DNA from: an uncultured Solirubrobacteraceae bacterium
GTDB lineage: Bacteria; Actinomycetota; Thermoleophilia; Solirubrobacterales; Solirubrobacteraceae
Reading direction: 5' to 3'
Assembly: GCA_964588985.1 (NCBI GenBank)
Contig: CAZPQW010000004.1
Location: 32,001 to 96,000 of the forward strand
Length of the DNA stretch: 64,000 bases
Within the stretch, counting starts at the first letter, position 1, and each line of letters starts with the position of its first letter. The position numbers and the translations under genes are program-made. Positions 34,837 to 47,047 of the stretch are shown one piece after another. The notes under the pieces are model-generated. The model saw nothing but the letters and a program-made list of their open reading frames with translations. It had not been told where the DNA came from and did not search any database.

Positions 34837-35663
34837 CGATGACCGACGACCCCAGCGACTTCCAGTACCACTCCAGCGAGCTCGACCTCTCGGGCGACCC
34901 CGACGCGGGCAACTGGTCGATCCGCTGCATCGACGTGCACAAGCGCCTCGGCGGCGTCCCGGTCCTGAACGGGCTGAACGTTGCTTTCCCCGACGACACG
35001 ATCACGGTCGTGCTGGGTCCGTCGGGCACGGGCAAGAGCGTGCTGATCAAGCACCTGATCGGGCTGATGTTCCCCGACTCGGGCGACATCATCGTCAAAG
35101 GGCAGTCGGTGCCGAAGCTGACGATGCCAAAGCTGCTCGAGCTGCGCCGCAAGATCGGCGTGCTGTTCCAGGACGGCGCGCTGTTCGGGTCGATGACGGT
35201 GTTCGACAACGTCGCCTTCCCGCTGCGCCAGCACACCGACTTCTCCGAGGCCATGATCAGGGAGCGCGTGACCCAGCGGCTCGCGGACGTCGGGTTGGGC
35301 GACGCGATGGACGACGCGCCGTCACAGCTCTCCGGCGGCATGCGCAAGCGTGCGGGGTTCGCGCGCGCGCTCGTGATGGAGCCCGACATCGTGATCTTCG
35401 ACGAGCCCGACTCGGGTCTGGATCCGGTGCGCACGGCGCTGCTGTGCGAGCTGATCCAGGAGATGCACTCGATCCACGGCGGCACCTACATCGTCGTCAC
35501 CCACGACATCGCCTCCGCGCGCAGGATCGGCGAATACATCGCGCTGTTGTGGCGCGGGCGGATCGTGGAGGCGGGCGACGCGGCGCGGATGTTCTCCTCC
35601 GAGAACGCGTTCGTGCGCCAGTTCCTGAGCGGATCGGCAGAGGGTCCGCTGACGATGGATTGA
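34833..35663 (+). CDS. ABC ATPase, MlaF/MceG (Mkl) type
   Basis: GPSGTGKS, LFQDGALFGSM, LSGGMRKRAGFARAL, DEPDSGLDP, VRQFL.G...GP. Confidence 0.93.
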   Translation: MTMTDDPSDFQYHSSELDLSGDPDAGNWSIRCIDVHKRLGGVPVLNGLNVAFPDDTITVVLGPSGTGKSVLIKHLIGLMFPDSGDIIVKGQSVPKLTMPKLLELRRKIGVLFQDGALFGSMTVFDNVAFPLRQHTDFSEAMIRERVTQRLADVGLGDAMDDAPSQLSGGMRKRAGFARALVMEPDIVIFDEPDSGLDPVRTALLCELIQEMHSIHGGTYIVVTHDIASARRIGEYIALLWRGRIVEAGDAARMFSSENAFVRQFLSGSAEGPLTMD

Positions 35664-35804
35664 GGGGCTTGGCCAAGGCTTCAAGGCAAGCAGCTCGCTG
35701 GGCAGACGTAACAATTATTCGTATTCGTCGAACCTGCGAACTATACGACCGGGATGGGATGTAGGGTCTCTTGAGTCATGGCGTTGGAGATCGCTGCCCC
35801 GCTT

Positions 35805-36020
35805 CTACTCGATGCCGCGCAACAGGTCGGCCGGTGTGGTGCCGAGCGCGCGAGCGAGTCGTAGCAGGGTGCGCGTCGTCGCATCGGCGTGCGCGTTCTC
35901 GAGTTCGTTGAGAAACGACAGGTCGACCCCGCTTAGCTGGGCGAGCTTGACCTGTGAGAACCCCGTGGCCTCGCGCGATGCGCGTAGGTTGCGAGCAAGC
36001 TGAGGCACTGGTTCGTGCAC
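35805..36020 (-). CDS. XRE/Cro-type HTH protein
   Basis: NLR..RE..G.SQ..LA..SG....L..LEN....T...L..LA.ALG. Confidence 0.8.
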   Translation of the reverse strand: MHEPVPQLARNLRASREATGFSQVKLAQLSGVDLSFLNELENAHADATTRTLLRLARALGTTPADLLRGIE

Positions 36021-36088
36021 AGCTTGGCTTTCCTTGTCCTGCGATCCTGCACCTGTAGGCTATACCCCATAGCGCGTTTCGGGGAAGC

Positions 36089-37057
36089 GTGACAACGGAC
36101 GAGCGAGTCGCGCTGGATCAGCGCACAAGGGTCATGCAGGCGCTGGCCGATGTGCTCGCGGAGCGTGGGTTCGCGGGCGCTACGGTCGTGCTGGTGGTCA
36201 CACGGGCGAGGGTCTCCACGCGGACGTTCTACGAGCTGTTCACTGGCTTGGAGGAGTGTCTGATTGCGATCATGGACAGCGTTCTGGAACAGGTGGTAGC
36301 GCTCGCCTCGCGAGAGCTTGCGCTGGCCGAGCGCTGGCAGGACGGGTTGCGCTCAGCGCTCGCTGCGGTGCTGACCTTCTTCGACCGCGAACCCGTGCTG
36401 GCGAGGGTGTTTATCGTGGAGGCGCTCGCGGGTGGCCCGGTCGTCCTCCAGCATCGTGAGGGCGTCATCGAGGCGTTGCGCGTGCCGGTCATAGAGCGCA
36501 TTGAGGGCGAAGTACTCGCCGTCGCGCCGCTTGTCGCCGAGGGCGTGATGGGCTCCGTGCTCGGGCTTATGCATGGGCACATCGTCAGGGACCGGCCCGG
36601 CCCATTTATCGAACTGCTCGGCCCGTTGATGGGACTTGCCATAGCGCCTTATCTGGCTGCTCGAAGTGTGGAACGGGAGATGGAGCAGGGAACCGCGCTC
36701 GCACGAGCGATTCTCAACTGCGACTTCCCTTCCACCGTGCCGGCGCAAGCCGAAGGACAGGATTTGGAACTGGATATGGAGCAGGGTGTTGTTCTCCCCG
36801 CGATGTTCGGGAACCCGAGTGCCCGTCGCGCGCGCGAATGTTTATTGTTTCTCGCCGAGCAGAGTGGGCGGGGATTCAGTCCTTCCAACCGTGAGATCGC
36901 CGTGGGAATCGATGTCGCCCACCGGTCGCAGATCTCAAAGCTGCTCGCATACCTCTCCCAGGAGGGTCTGGTGACGAAGCGCTCTGAGGGAAGCGGTAAG
37001 CGCAACGCATGGCGGCTCACGCCGCGTGGCGAAGATATAGCGCGAACGCTGCCGTAG
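36089..37057 (+). CDS. TetR-family regulator with additional C-terminal winged HTH
   Basis: N-terminal RARVSTRTFYELF; C-terminal SNREIA..I..SQISKLL..L..EGLV..NAWRLTPRG. Confidence 0.85.
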   Translation: MTTDERVALDQRTRVMQALADVLAERGFAGATVVLVVTRARVSTRTFYELFTGLEECLIAIMDSVLEQVVALASRELALAERWQDGLRSALAAVLTFFDREPVLARVFIVEALAGGPVVLQHREGVIEALRVPVIERIEGEVLAVAPLVAEGVMGSVLGLMHGHIVRDRPGPFIELLGPLMGLAIAPYLAARSVEREMEQGTALARAILNCDFPSTVPAQAEGQDLELDMEQGVVLPAMFGNPSARRARECLLFLAEQSGRGFSPSNREIAVGIDVAHRSQISKLLAYLSQEGLVTKRSEGSGKRNAWRLTPRGEDIARTLP

Positions 37058-37372
37058 CAGGGAAGTCAGCGTTAGCTGCCGCCAGTGCTGGCGATCTATT
37101 CGATACTCATCAAGCTATTCCCGTGAATGGAATTGCCTAAGACTGGTAACAGTCTGATGATATGGATTTTCTGGTTATTAACTCTTGACGGCCGTTGCAC
37201 CAGCCGGATAGAAGTTCCTCGGTGGCAAACTCGCCACCGACCAGACCTGCCTTGTGATGATCCCTTTGGTAAGGGGAATCACAAGAGGTGCTTCGACATG
37301 TTCACAGAGTGTTCAGTGAATCATGGGTCAGTGCAGGACAGACAAACCGACGGCATAGAAAGGTATGGCCGG

Positions 37373-37744
37373 ATGACTCTAAGAATTGCGAAGTACAGGT
37401 ATGCGTCGCTAGTTGTCGCCTTCGTGGCGGCGCTTGCTATGGCAATGGCTGGGGCAGGTGCTGCTCGGGCTGGCATAACGGAAATCAGAAATCTACCGGG
37501 TAAAACGTGGACCTGTGGCTCGTGTGAATCTGGAACCTGGCACAGTCAGTATGCGGAAGCTTATGAAAGCGCGTCTACGATCTGCGTCGGACCGGTGACC
37601 TACAACGGTAGCTGGCATGTTCCGTACGGCTGGACTTGTGCGGGTCATGTAGCCCATTGGGAATACACCCCCATCAGTTCCTACCCCGGGGTCTATAATC
37701 CGAATTCAGGAACCTTTAAACTGATCTTTTCTCTTTGGTCTTAG
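37373..37744 (+). CDS. small secreted Cys/Trp-rich protein
   Basis: GAAAGG RBS, signal peptide ending ARA, ~90-aa mature part with 4 Cys and 6 Trp; lower GC. Confidence 0.65.
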   Translation: MTLRIAKYRYASLVVAFVAALAMAMAGAGAARAGITEIRNLPGKTWTCGSCESGTWHSQYAEAYESASTICVGPVTYNGSWHVPYGWTCAGHVAHWEYTPISSYPGVYNPNSGTFKLIFSLWS

Positions 37745-37830
37745 GCTCGCGGAAATCGGGCGCAGAATTTAGGTAGATCACGTTGCGTTCCTGGCTGGCT
37801 AAAAGTAGTTCGCGCGGTCAGGAGCGTAGC

Positions 37831-38475
37831 GTGTTGTTCGCATGTGCCATAATGGCGCTTAGCGCCATGCTTTCTGCTTGCGGCGCCGTGTCGGATCGTC
37901 CACAGCCAGCGACCATGTCACCCTCAGACTTCGCCGTCTTTGATGATGCGCCCGCCCCGTCTGACGCGCTCACAGGGGAAGTCGCTGCTGCGCTCTTGCG
38001 AAGCCTACAGCCAGAATTCGGCAAGGCACAAATCAAGGAAGCTCGCCGGGTGCTAGCCAATGATCCGGGCTGGCTGATACCCGCAGCCAACGGTGAAGTC
38101 TGCTTGGTTCAGCTTATCTATCCGGTGATCGGCGTAGTCCACGGTGAAGCCTTGCCGCCCGCGCCCGTCACGTCATGCGAGCCAGAAGTGCTAGCAGAGG
38201 CTGGGCAACTCGTGGGAACTCACTCACTCAGCGCCTCGCTCACCCAGGCGGCAGACAGCAACGTTACGGGCGTGGCGCCCAACGGAGTCGCGACGGTGAA
38301 GATCGTCTCGAGCCACGGCCGGAGCATTACCGTTGACGTTGTACGAAACGCCTATGAAGTGGTCGTACGCGACCCGGTGGCCGTTCGATTTACTACGACG
38401 AGCCACGGTAAGCCGACCCCACACACCGTTCGACTGACGACGTTCAGCGGCGGTGCCCGTTACGTAGAAAGGTAG
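37831..38475 (+). CDS. putative lipoprotein
   Basis: AGGAG RBS, lipobox LSAC; C-terminal GVAPNGVATV...G....V..NAY motif. Confidence 0.7.
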   Translation: MLFACAIMALSAMLSACGAVSDRPQPATMSPSDFAVFDDAPAPSDALTGEVAAALLRSLQPEFGKAQIKEARRVLANDPGWLIPAANGEVCLVQLIYPVIGVVHGEALPPAPVTSCEPEVLAEAGQLVGTHSLSASLTQAADSNVTGVAPNGVATVKIVSSHGRSITVDVVRNAYEVVVRDPVAVRFTTTSHGKPTPHTVRLTTFSGGARYVER

Positions 38476-38478
38476 GAT

Positions 38479-38865
38479 TCAGCGGGGCTGAGAGACCTCG
38501 ATGCCGAGAGCCTGTGCGGCGTCTGAAAGGCGGCTGTCATAGCAGTACAGGCGCTCGAGGTCTTCACCGAGGCTCACGACGGTTGCCAGGTGCAGGGCAT
38601 CGAGTGAACGCAGCTCGGCTGGATCCAGCTCGGCGGCGGCGTCGAGGATCGGCTGATCCAGCGGAACCAGCGTGATGGCTGTGATGGCGGCACGGGCGCG
38701 TTCGGAGGCCAGCTCGCCGTAGCGCCGGGCGGCGCGGCGGCCCTCCACGGTGAGCAGGGCGCTGCTGAGGAGTTCCCTGCCGGCTAGCTCGCGGCGCAGG
38801 GCAGCGCTCTCGGGCTCGGAGCGCACGAGCTTGATGAATGCCGAGGTGTCGAGGTAGTCGGGCAA
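38479..38865 (-). CDS. vapC: PIN-domain (VapC) toxin
   Basis: YLDTSAFIKL, E, LRSLDALHLATV, YD.RL. Confidence 0.9.
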   Translation of the reverse strand: MPDYLDTSAFIKLVRSEPESAALRRELAGRELLSSALLTVEGRRAARRYGELASERARAAITAITLVPLDQPILDAAAELDPAELRSLDALHLATVVSLGEDLERLYCYDSRLSDAAQALGIEVSQPR

Positions 38866-38870
38866 ACGCT

Positions 38871-39149
38871 CTACAGGCGCTCTGAGCGCAGCTCGTCCAG
38901 CACATCGCTCGACGGTGGGCCTGCAATCGGCGTTGGCAACTCCTGCAGGACGTCGAGCAGGTTGCCCTGCCCGCGTCTGGCTCCACGTTCGGCGACAAGC
39001 CGGTCGATGGCCGAGGCGCGTCCGGGCGCAGGCGTGAGCTGTGCGACCTCCTGCCCGCGATCGGTGATGAGAAACGACTCTCCATGTCGAGCCCGTTGGG
39101 CGTAGCGGCTGAGGTTCTGCCGCATCTCTCGGATACCCACATACTCCAT
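38871..39149 (-). CDS. Phd/YefM family antitoxin
   Basis: VGIREMRQNLS.Y......GE...ITDRG..VA.L; TACAAT 7 nt upstream of ATG. Confidence 0.88.
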   Translation of the reverse strand: MEYVGIREMRQNLSRYAQRARHGESFLITDRGQEVAQLTPAPGRASAIDRLVAERGARRGQGNLLDVLQELPTPIAGPPSSDVLDELRSERL

Positions 39150-39201
39150 GTGCGTCATTGTAGCGCTTTCAGATAGAGATTGACCCCGGCTGGATTCTAT
39201 G

Positions 39202-39215
39202 CGAACATACGTTCG
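39202..39215. promoter_or_regulatory. LexA SOS box (GAAC-N4-GTTC type)
   Basis: CGAACATACGTTCG ending 1 nt before the imuB ATG. Confidence 0.9.
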
Positions 39216-39216
39216 T

Positions 39217-40422
39217 ATGATCGTGTGCGTGTATCTGCCCCGCTTCGAGTTGGCCGTGGCCGGCGCGGACGGCCGGTCGAAGGTCGCGCGCCAAACACTG
39301 GCGGGACGCGCGCTGGCGGTCGAGCCGCTGCCCGGGACGGAGCCGCGCGTGGGGGAGGTGTCGGGAGCTGCAGAAGCTTGCGGCGTGACGCGCGGGATGG
39401 CGCTCGGCGAGGCGCTCGCGCGCTGCCCGGAGCTGGTGCTCGTGCCCGGCGACCCGGTGAGGGTGGCCGAGACCTGGGAGAGCGCGATCTGCGCGCTCGA
39501 ATCGATCGGTGCGGATGTCGAGCCCGCCGGTCCAGGACTCGCGTACTTCGAGGCCGATGGACTGCGCGGTCTGCACGGGACGCAGGCCGCGACGATCGCC
39601 GCGGCCAGGCGTGCGCTCGCCCGCCCCGCGCGCATCGGCGCCGGCCCGACGCGCTTCTGCGCGCTGGCCGCCGCGCTGGCCGTCCGGTCGCGCCGACCGC
39701 TGGTGCTCGAGGGCAAGGAGGCACGACGTTGGCTGGCGGCGCGTCCGGTCTCGCTGCTCAGCTTTCGCGAGCAGACCGCGATGCTGGTGGAGCCGCTCTC
39801 GCGCCTGGGTGTGCGCACGCTCGGCGAGCTGGCGAAGATCGGGCGGTCTGCGCTGGCCGACCGCTTCGGGGAGCCGGGGGCGCTCGCGCACCGGCTGGCC
39901 TGCGGCGAGGACACACCGCTGCGCGTACGACGCCTGGAGGAGCGCCTGGAGGAGACGATGGAAGTCGGCGACGCGAGCTCCGGCGAGGCGCTCAAGCGCG
40001 TGATGGGTGTGCTCGTTGGCCGGCTGCTCGCCCGCGTGGAGCGCCGTGGGCGCACGCTGCGCGCGGTCACGCTCTCCGCGCGACTGCTGGCGGGCGGAGG
40101 CTGGCGTGAGCGCGTGGTCTTCCGCCAGGCGCTCGCCGACCCGGAGCGCATCTGGCTGGCGCTGTCGCTGCGCCTGCTGCTGCTCCCCGCGCCGGCCGCG
40201 ACGCTGGGCCTGGCCGTCGAGCGCTTCGGACCGCCCGCGAGCGAGCAGGGAGGGCTGCTCGCCGAGGATCGCGCCCGCGCCGCCCGCGCCGGGCGCCTGC
40301 GCGAGGCGATCGCCCAGACGCGCGCGGTGGCCGGCAGGGACGCGGCGCTGCGAGCCGTGTGCGTGGACCCCGACTCGCGGGTGCCCGAGCGGCGCGTGGT
40401 GCTCGCGCCGATCCCCGAATGA
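39217..40422 (+). CDS. imuB: ImuB-like Y-family polymerase homologue (probably catalytically inactive)
   Basis: A...GV..GM.L.EA..RCP, LGVRTLGELA, RFG; no DinB DxDxF catalytic motif; upstream of dnaE2. Confidence 0.82.
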   Translation: MIVCVYLPRFELAVAGADGRSKVARQTLAGRALAVEPLPGTEPRVGEVSGAAEACGVTRGMALGEALARCPELVLVPGDPVRVAETWESAICALESIGADVEPAGPGLAYFEADGLRGLHGTQAATIAAARRALARPARIGAGPTRFCALAAALAVRSRRPLVLEGKEARRWLAARPVSLLSFREQTAMLVEPLSRLGVRTLGELAKIGRSALADRFGEPGALAHRLACGEDTPLRVRRLEERLEETMEVGDASSGEALKRVMGVLVGRLLARVERRGRTLRAVTLSARLLAGGGWRERVVFRQALADPERIWLALSLRLLLLPAPAATLGLAVERFGPPASEQGGLLAEDRARAARAGRLREAIAQTRAVAGRDAALRAVCVDPDSRVPERRVVLAPIPE

Positions 40423-40658
40423 CCGCCCACGCGCTCAACCCTCCTCGGCCCGCGCGCATACGCTGGCGCGACGGTTTCCCCGCGCAGGTGAACGGCGAAG
40501 CGGTCGAGTCGCTGCGCGAGTCCTGGCTGGTCGAGGACCGCTGGTGGACCGACGAGCCACTGCGGCGCCGCTACTGGGAGCTGGTGGGCGAGCGCGGACG
40601 CAACGTGGTGATCTTCCATGACCTGTGCACAGGCCAGTGGTTTATGCAGGGCTCGTAG
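40419..40658 (+). CDS. small protein resembling the ImuB C-terminal domain
   Basis: 79 aa, W.VEDRWW....RRRYW....G..W; ATGA-coupled to imuB. Confidence 0.75.
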   Translation: MTAHALNPPRPARIRWRDGFPAQVNGEAVESLRESWLVEDRWWTDEPLRRRYWELVGERGRNVVIFHDLCTGQWFMQGS

Positions 40659-40668
40659 GGAGATCGCG

Positions 40669-44190
<3,522 letters not shown>

Positions 44191-44224
44191 GGGCAGCGAA
44201 CACGAGTCCGGCTACCCTGAGCGC

Positions 44225-45160
44225 ATCGCACGCCTCGCCAATACCGACCTCGACGTCTTCCCGCTCTGCCTGGGCGGCAACGTATTCGGCTGGTCGATCG
44301 ACGAGGAGCGCTCGTTCGCGGTGCTCGACGCGTACTTCGCGGCGGGCGGCAACTTCATCGACACCGCCGACATCTACGGGCGGCGCGGGCCCGAAGGGAT
44401 GGGCGCATCCGAGCGGATCATCGGCCGCTGGATCGCCGCGCGCGGCAACCGCGACCGACTGGTGATCGCCACCAAGGTCGGCATGTCGCCCGACCGCCCG
44501 GGGCTGTCGGCGACGGCGATCAGGCAGGGCATCGACGATTCGCTGGAGCGGCTCGGCATCGATCGCGTGGACCTCTACTACGCTCACCAGGACGACCCCG
44601 ACACGCCGCTGCAGGAGACGCTCGGAGCCTTCAACGAGCTCATCCGGGAGGGCAAGATCGCCCATGCGGCCGCGTCGAACTACAGCGCCGCTCGCCTGGA
44701 GGAGGCGCTGCGGATCGGCGAAGCCGACGGGACGGCCTCGTATGTGGCGCTGCAGCCGCACTACAACCTGCTCGAGCGCGGCGAGTACGAGGGCGAGCTG
44801 GTATCCGTGTGTGAGCGGTACGGCCTGGCCTGCATCCCCTACTTCGGCCTCGCGCGCGGCTTCCTCAGCGGGAAGTACCGCCGAGGCGCTGATGTGCCTG
44901 ACGGCCCGCGTGCGGCTGGTGTGCGCGAGAGCTACTTCAACGATCGCGGCTTCGCGGTGCTCGACGCGCTCGACGAGATCGCCGCTGCTCACGAGACATC
45001 GGTGGCGGCCGTGGCGCTTGCGTGGCTCCGGGTCCAGCCCACGGTCCTCGCGCCGATCGCGAGCGCCACCTCGGCCGAGCAGCTCGCGCAGCTGGTGGCA
45101 TCAACCGAGATCGAGCTGACCGCGGTCGAGCTCGAGCGCCTGGATGTTGTGAGCCGCTGA
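44225..45160 (+). CDS. aldo/keto reductase (start uncertain: ATC at 44225, or first canonical GTG at 44321)
   Basis: LCLGGNVFGW, NFIDTADIY, IATKVG, DLYYAH, ASN, QPHYNL, PYFGLA.G.LSGKY. Confidence 0.9.
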   Translation: MARLANTDLDVFPLCLGGNVFGWSIDEERSFAVLDAYFAAGGNFIDTADIYGRRGPEGMGASERIIGRWIAARGNRDRLVIATKVGMSPDRPGLSATAIRQGIDDSLERLGIDRVDLYYAHQDDPDTPLQETLGAFNELIREGKIAHAAASNYSAARLEEALRIGEADGTASYVALQPHYNLLERGEYEGELVSVCERYGLACIPYFGLARGFLSGKYRRGADVPDGPRAAGVRESYFNDRGFAVLDALDEIAAAHETSVAAVALAWLRVQPTVLAPIASATSAEQLAQLVASTEIELTAVELERLDVVSR

Positions 45161-45176
45161 GGCTCGACGCCGTCGA

Positions 45177-46034
45177 TCAGGCGAAGAGGAGCAGCTGACC
45201 GTCGGGGTCGCGCACCGACAGGCTCCCGTCCTGTGCGCGTGCCGCAGACGCTGTTGCGCCAGCGTCGCTGAGCGTGCGCTGAAGGGCTTCGACCGCATCG
45301 GGGTCGCTCAAGTCGAACTCCACCCTGCGCAGCCCAGGTGCGCTGTCTGGGGCTGGCGCTCCGCCCCGGCTCTCCCACGAGTTCAAGCCGAGGTGGTGGT
45401 GATACCCGCCCGCCGAGACGAACGCCGCGGATGGGATCTGGGCCTGCTCCTCGAAGCCGAGCGCGTCGCGGTAGAAGGCGTTCGCTCGCGGCACGTCTGA
45501 GACCTTCAGATGCACGTGGCCGACATGCGTCCCCTGCCCCACCGCGGCGCTTGGCTCTCCAGCTGCCTGTGCGAGCAGGTCGTCTACGTCGAGCGGCAGC
45601 GTGACCATCTCCACGCCATGCCCGTCAGCGGGGCGCTGCCACAGCTCGCGCGGACGGTCGACGTAGATCTCGATGCCGAGGCCGTCGGGGTCGCTCAGAT
45701 ACAGCGCCTCGGAGACGCCGTGATCTGAGGCTCCGTCGAAGCGCCAGCGCGCGCTCGCGATCCTGCGCACCGTGTCGGCGAGCGCCGCGCGCGTGGGGTG
45801 AAGCCAGGCGACGTGGTAGAGGCCGGTGCTGCGCGGCGGGGCTGGTGTGGGTGCGGTGAGTTGGCTGAGCATGAGTGCTGGCCGCTCGGGGTCGGCGCCG
45901 AGTCTCGCCGTGTGCTCGTCGCGCTCGATCAGAGGGAGGCCGAGCACCCGCTCGTAGAAGTCGGCGCTGCGCGACAGGTCGCTCACCGCGAGATCGACAG
46001 AGCCGATGCGCAGGGCTGGATCGATTGGACTCAT
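45177..46034 (-). CDS. VOC family protein (CatE-like glyoxalase/dioxygenase)
   Basis: GLYHVA, DHGVSEALYLSDPDG.GIEIY, GHVHL, GGYHHHLGLNSW; start 46034 or 46040. Confidence 0.9.
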   Translation of the reverse strand: MSPIDPALRIGSVDLAVSDLSRSADFYERVLGLPLIERDEHTARLGADPERPALMLSQLTAPTPAPPRSTGLYHVAWLHPTRAALADTVRRIASARWRFDGASDHGVSEALYLSDPDGLGIEIYVDRPRELWQRPADGHGVEMVTLPLDVDDLLAQAAGEPSAAVGQGTHVGHVHLKVSDVPRANAFYRDALGFEEQAQIPSAAFVSAGGYHHHLGLNSWESRGGAPAPDSAPGLRRVEFDLSDPDAVEALQRTLSDAGATASAARAQDGSLSVRDPDGQLLLFA

Positions 46035-46060
46035 CGCCATCCAGGGTAGTGTTCATTCCC

Positions 46061-47008
46061 ATGAAGCTCCGCAAACTCGGTTCGAGCGACATCGAGGTCT
46101 CGGAGATCAGCCTCGGCTCGTGGCTGACCTACTCCGGCGGCGTCGAGCGCGAGCGGGCGAAGGCGTGCGTGGATGCGGCGTTCGAGGCCGGCATCAACTT
46201 CATCGACACCGCCAACGTCTACGGGCGCGGCGCCTCCGAGACGCTGCTCGGCGAGGTGCTCGCCGGACGCGAGCGCAGCTCCTACGTGCTCGCGACGAAG
46301 GTGTTCTTCCCGATGTCCGACACCGATCGAGGGCTGTCCGCGGTGCAGATCCACAAGCAGATCGACGCGTCGCTCGAGCGTCTGAAAACGGACTACGTGG
46401 ACCTCTACCAGTGTCATCGCTTCGACCGCCACACGCCGCTCGAGGAGACGATGCAGGCGCTGACGGAGGTCGTGCAGGCGGGCAAGGCGCGCCACATCGG
46501 CTTCAGCGAGTGGCCGGTCGAGAAGATCGACGAGTCGCTCGCGATCCCCGGCGTGGAGCGCTGGGTCTCCAGCCAGCCGCAGTACTCGATGCTTTGGCGC
46601 GGCCCCGAGGCGGAGGTGATCCCCCTGTGCGCACAGGAGGGCATCTCCCAGATCGTGTGGTCGCCGCTCGCGCAGGGCGTGCTCACCGGCAAGTACAGCC
46701 CGGGCGAGCCGCCGCCCGCGGACTCCAGGGCCGCGAGCGAGAGCATGGGCGGCTTCATCGACCAGCTCGTCCAGCCGGTCGTGCTCGAGGCGGTGCAGAA
46801 GCTCGTTCCGGTCGCGCAGGAGGCCGGGCTGACGATGGTGCAGCTCGCGCTCGCGTGGGTCCTGCGCCAGGAGAATGTCGCCTCGGCGATCGTCGGCGCG
46901 AGCCGTCCCGAGCAGGTCCACGCGAACGTGGCCGCGTCCGGCGTGACGCTCAGCTCAGACACGCTCGCCGCGATCGACGAGGCGCTCGGCGACGTCGTCG
47001 TCCGCTGA
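46061..47008 (+). CDS. aldo/keto reductase (Kv-beta/YghZ-like)
   Basis: LG.S...VSEISLGSWLT, FIDTANVY, DLYQCHR, WSPLAQGVLTGKY. Confidence 0.93.
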   Translation: MKLRKLGSSDIEVSEISLGSWLTYSGGVERERAKACVDAAFEAGINFIDTANVYGRGASETLLGEVLAGRERSSYVLATKVFFPMSDTDRGLSAVQIHKQIDASLERLKTDYVDLYQCHRFDRHTPLEETMQALTEVVQAGKARHIGFSEWPVEKIDESLAIPGVERWVSSQPQYSMLWRGPEAEVIPLCAQEGISQIVWSPLAQGVLTGKYSPGEPPPADSRAASESMGGFIDQLVQPVVLEAVQKLVPVAQEAGLTMVQLALAWVLRQENVASAIVGASRPEQVHANVAASGVTLSSDTLAAIDEALGDVVVR

Positions 47009-47047
47009 GACGACGCCACCGAGCTTCTCGCAGCTTCCAGCCCTACC

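Noticed and set aside
33777-35663. 628-aa ORF implying an N-terminally extended ATPase (likewise 29867-31789, 3639-5249, 11893-13986, 49973-52351, 59635-61626, 38871-40619)
   Set aside because: The extensions overlap neighbouring real genes; true starts are at coupled junctions or downstream start codons
37127-37372. N-terminal 82 codons of the 205-aa ORF
   Set aside because: The RBS and signal peptide point to ATG 37373; the upstream part looks like an AT-rich promoter region
37514-37528. CGSC in the secreted peptide as a heme c site
   Set aside because: It is followed by E, not H, so it is not CxxCH
35664-39160. Islet as a prophage or integrative element
   Set aside because: No integrase, transposase, tRNA or flanking direct repeats were seen; only composition differs
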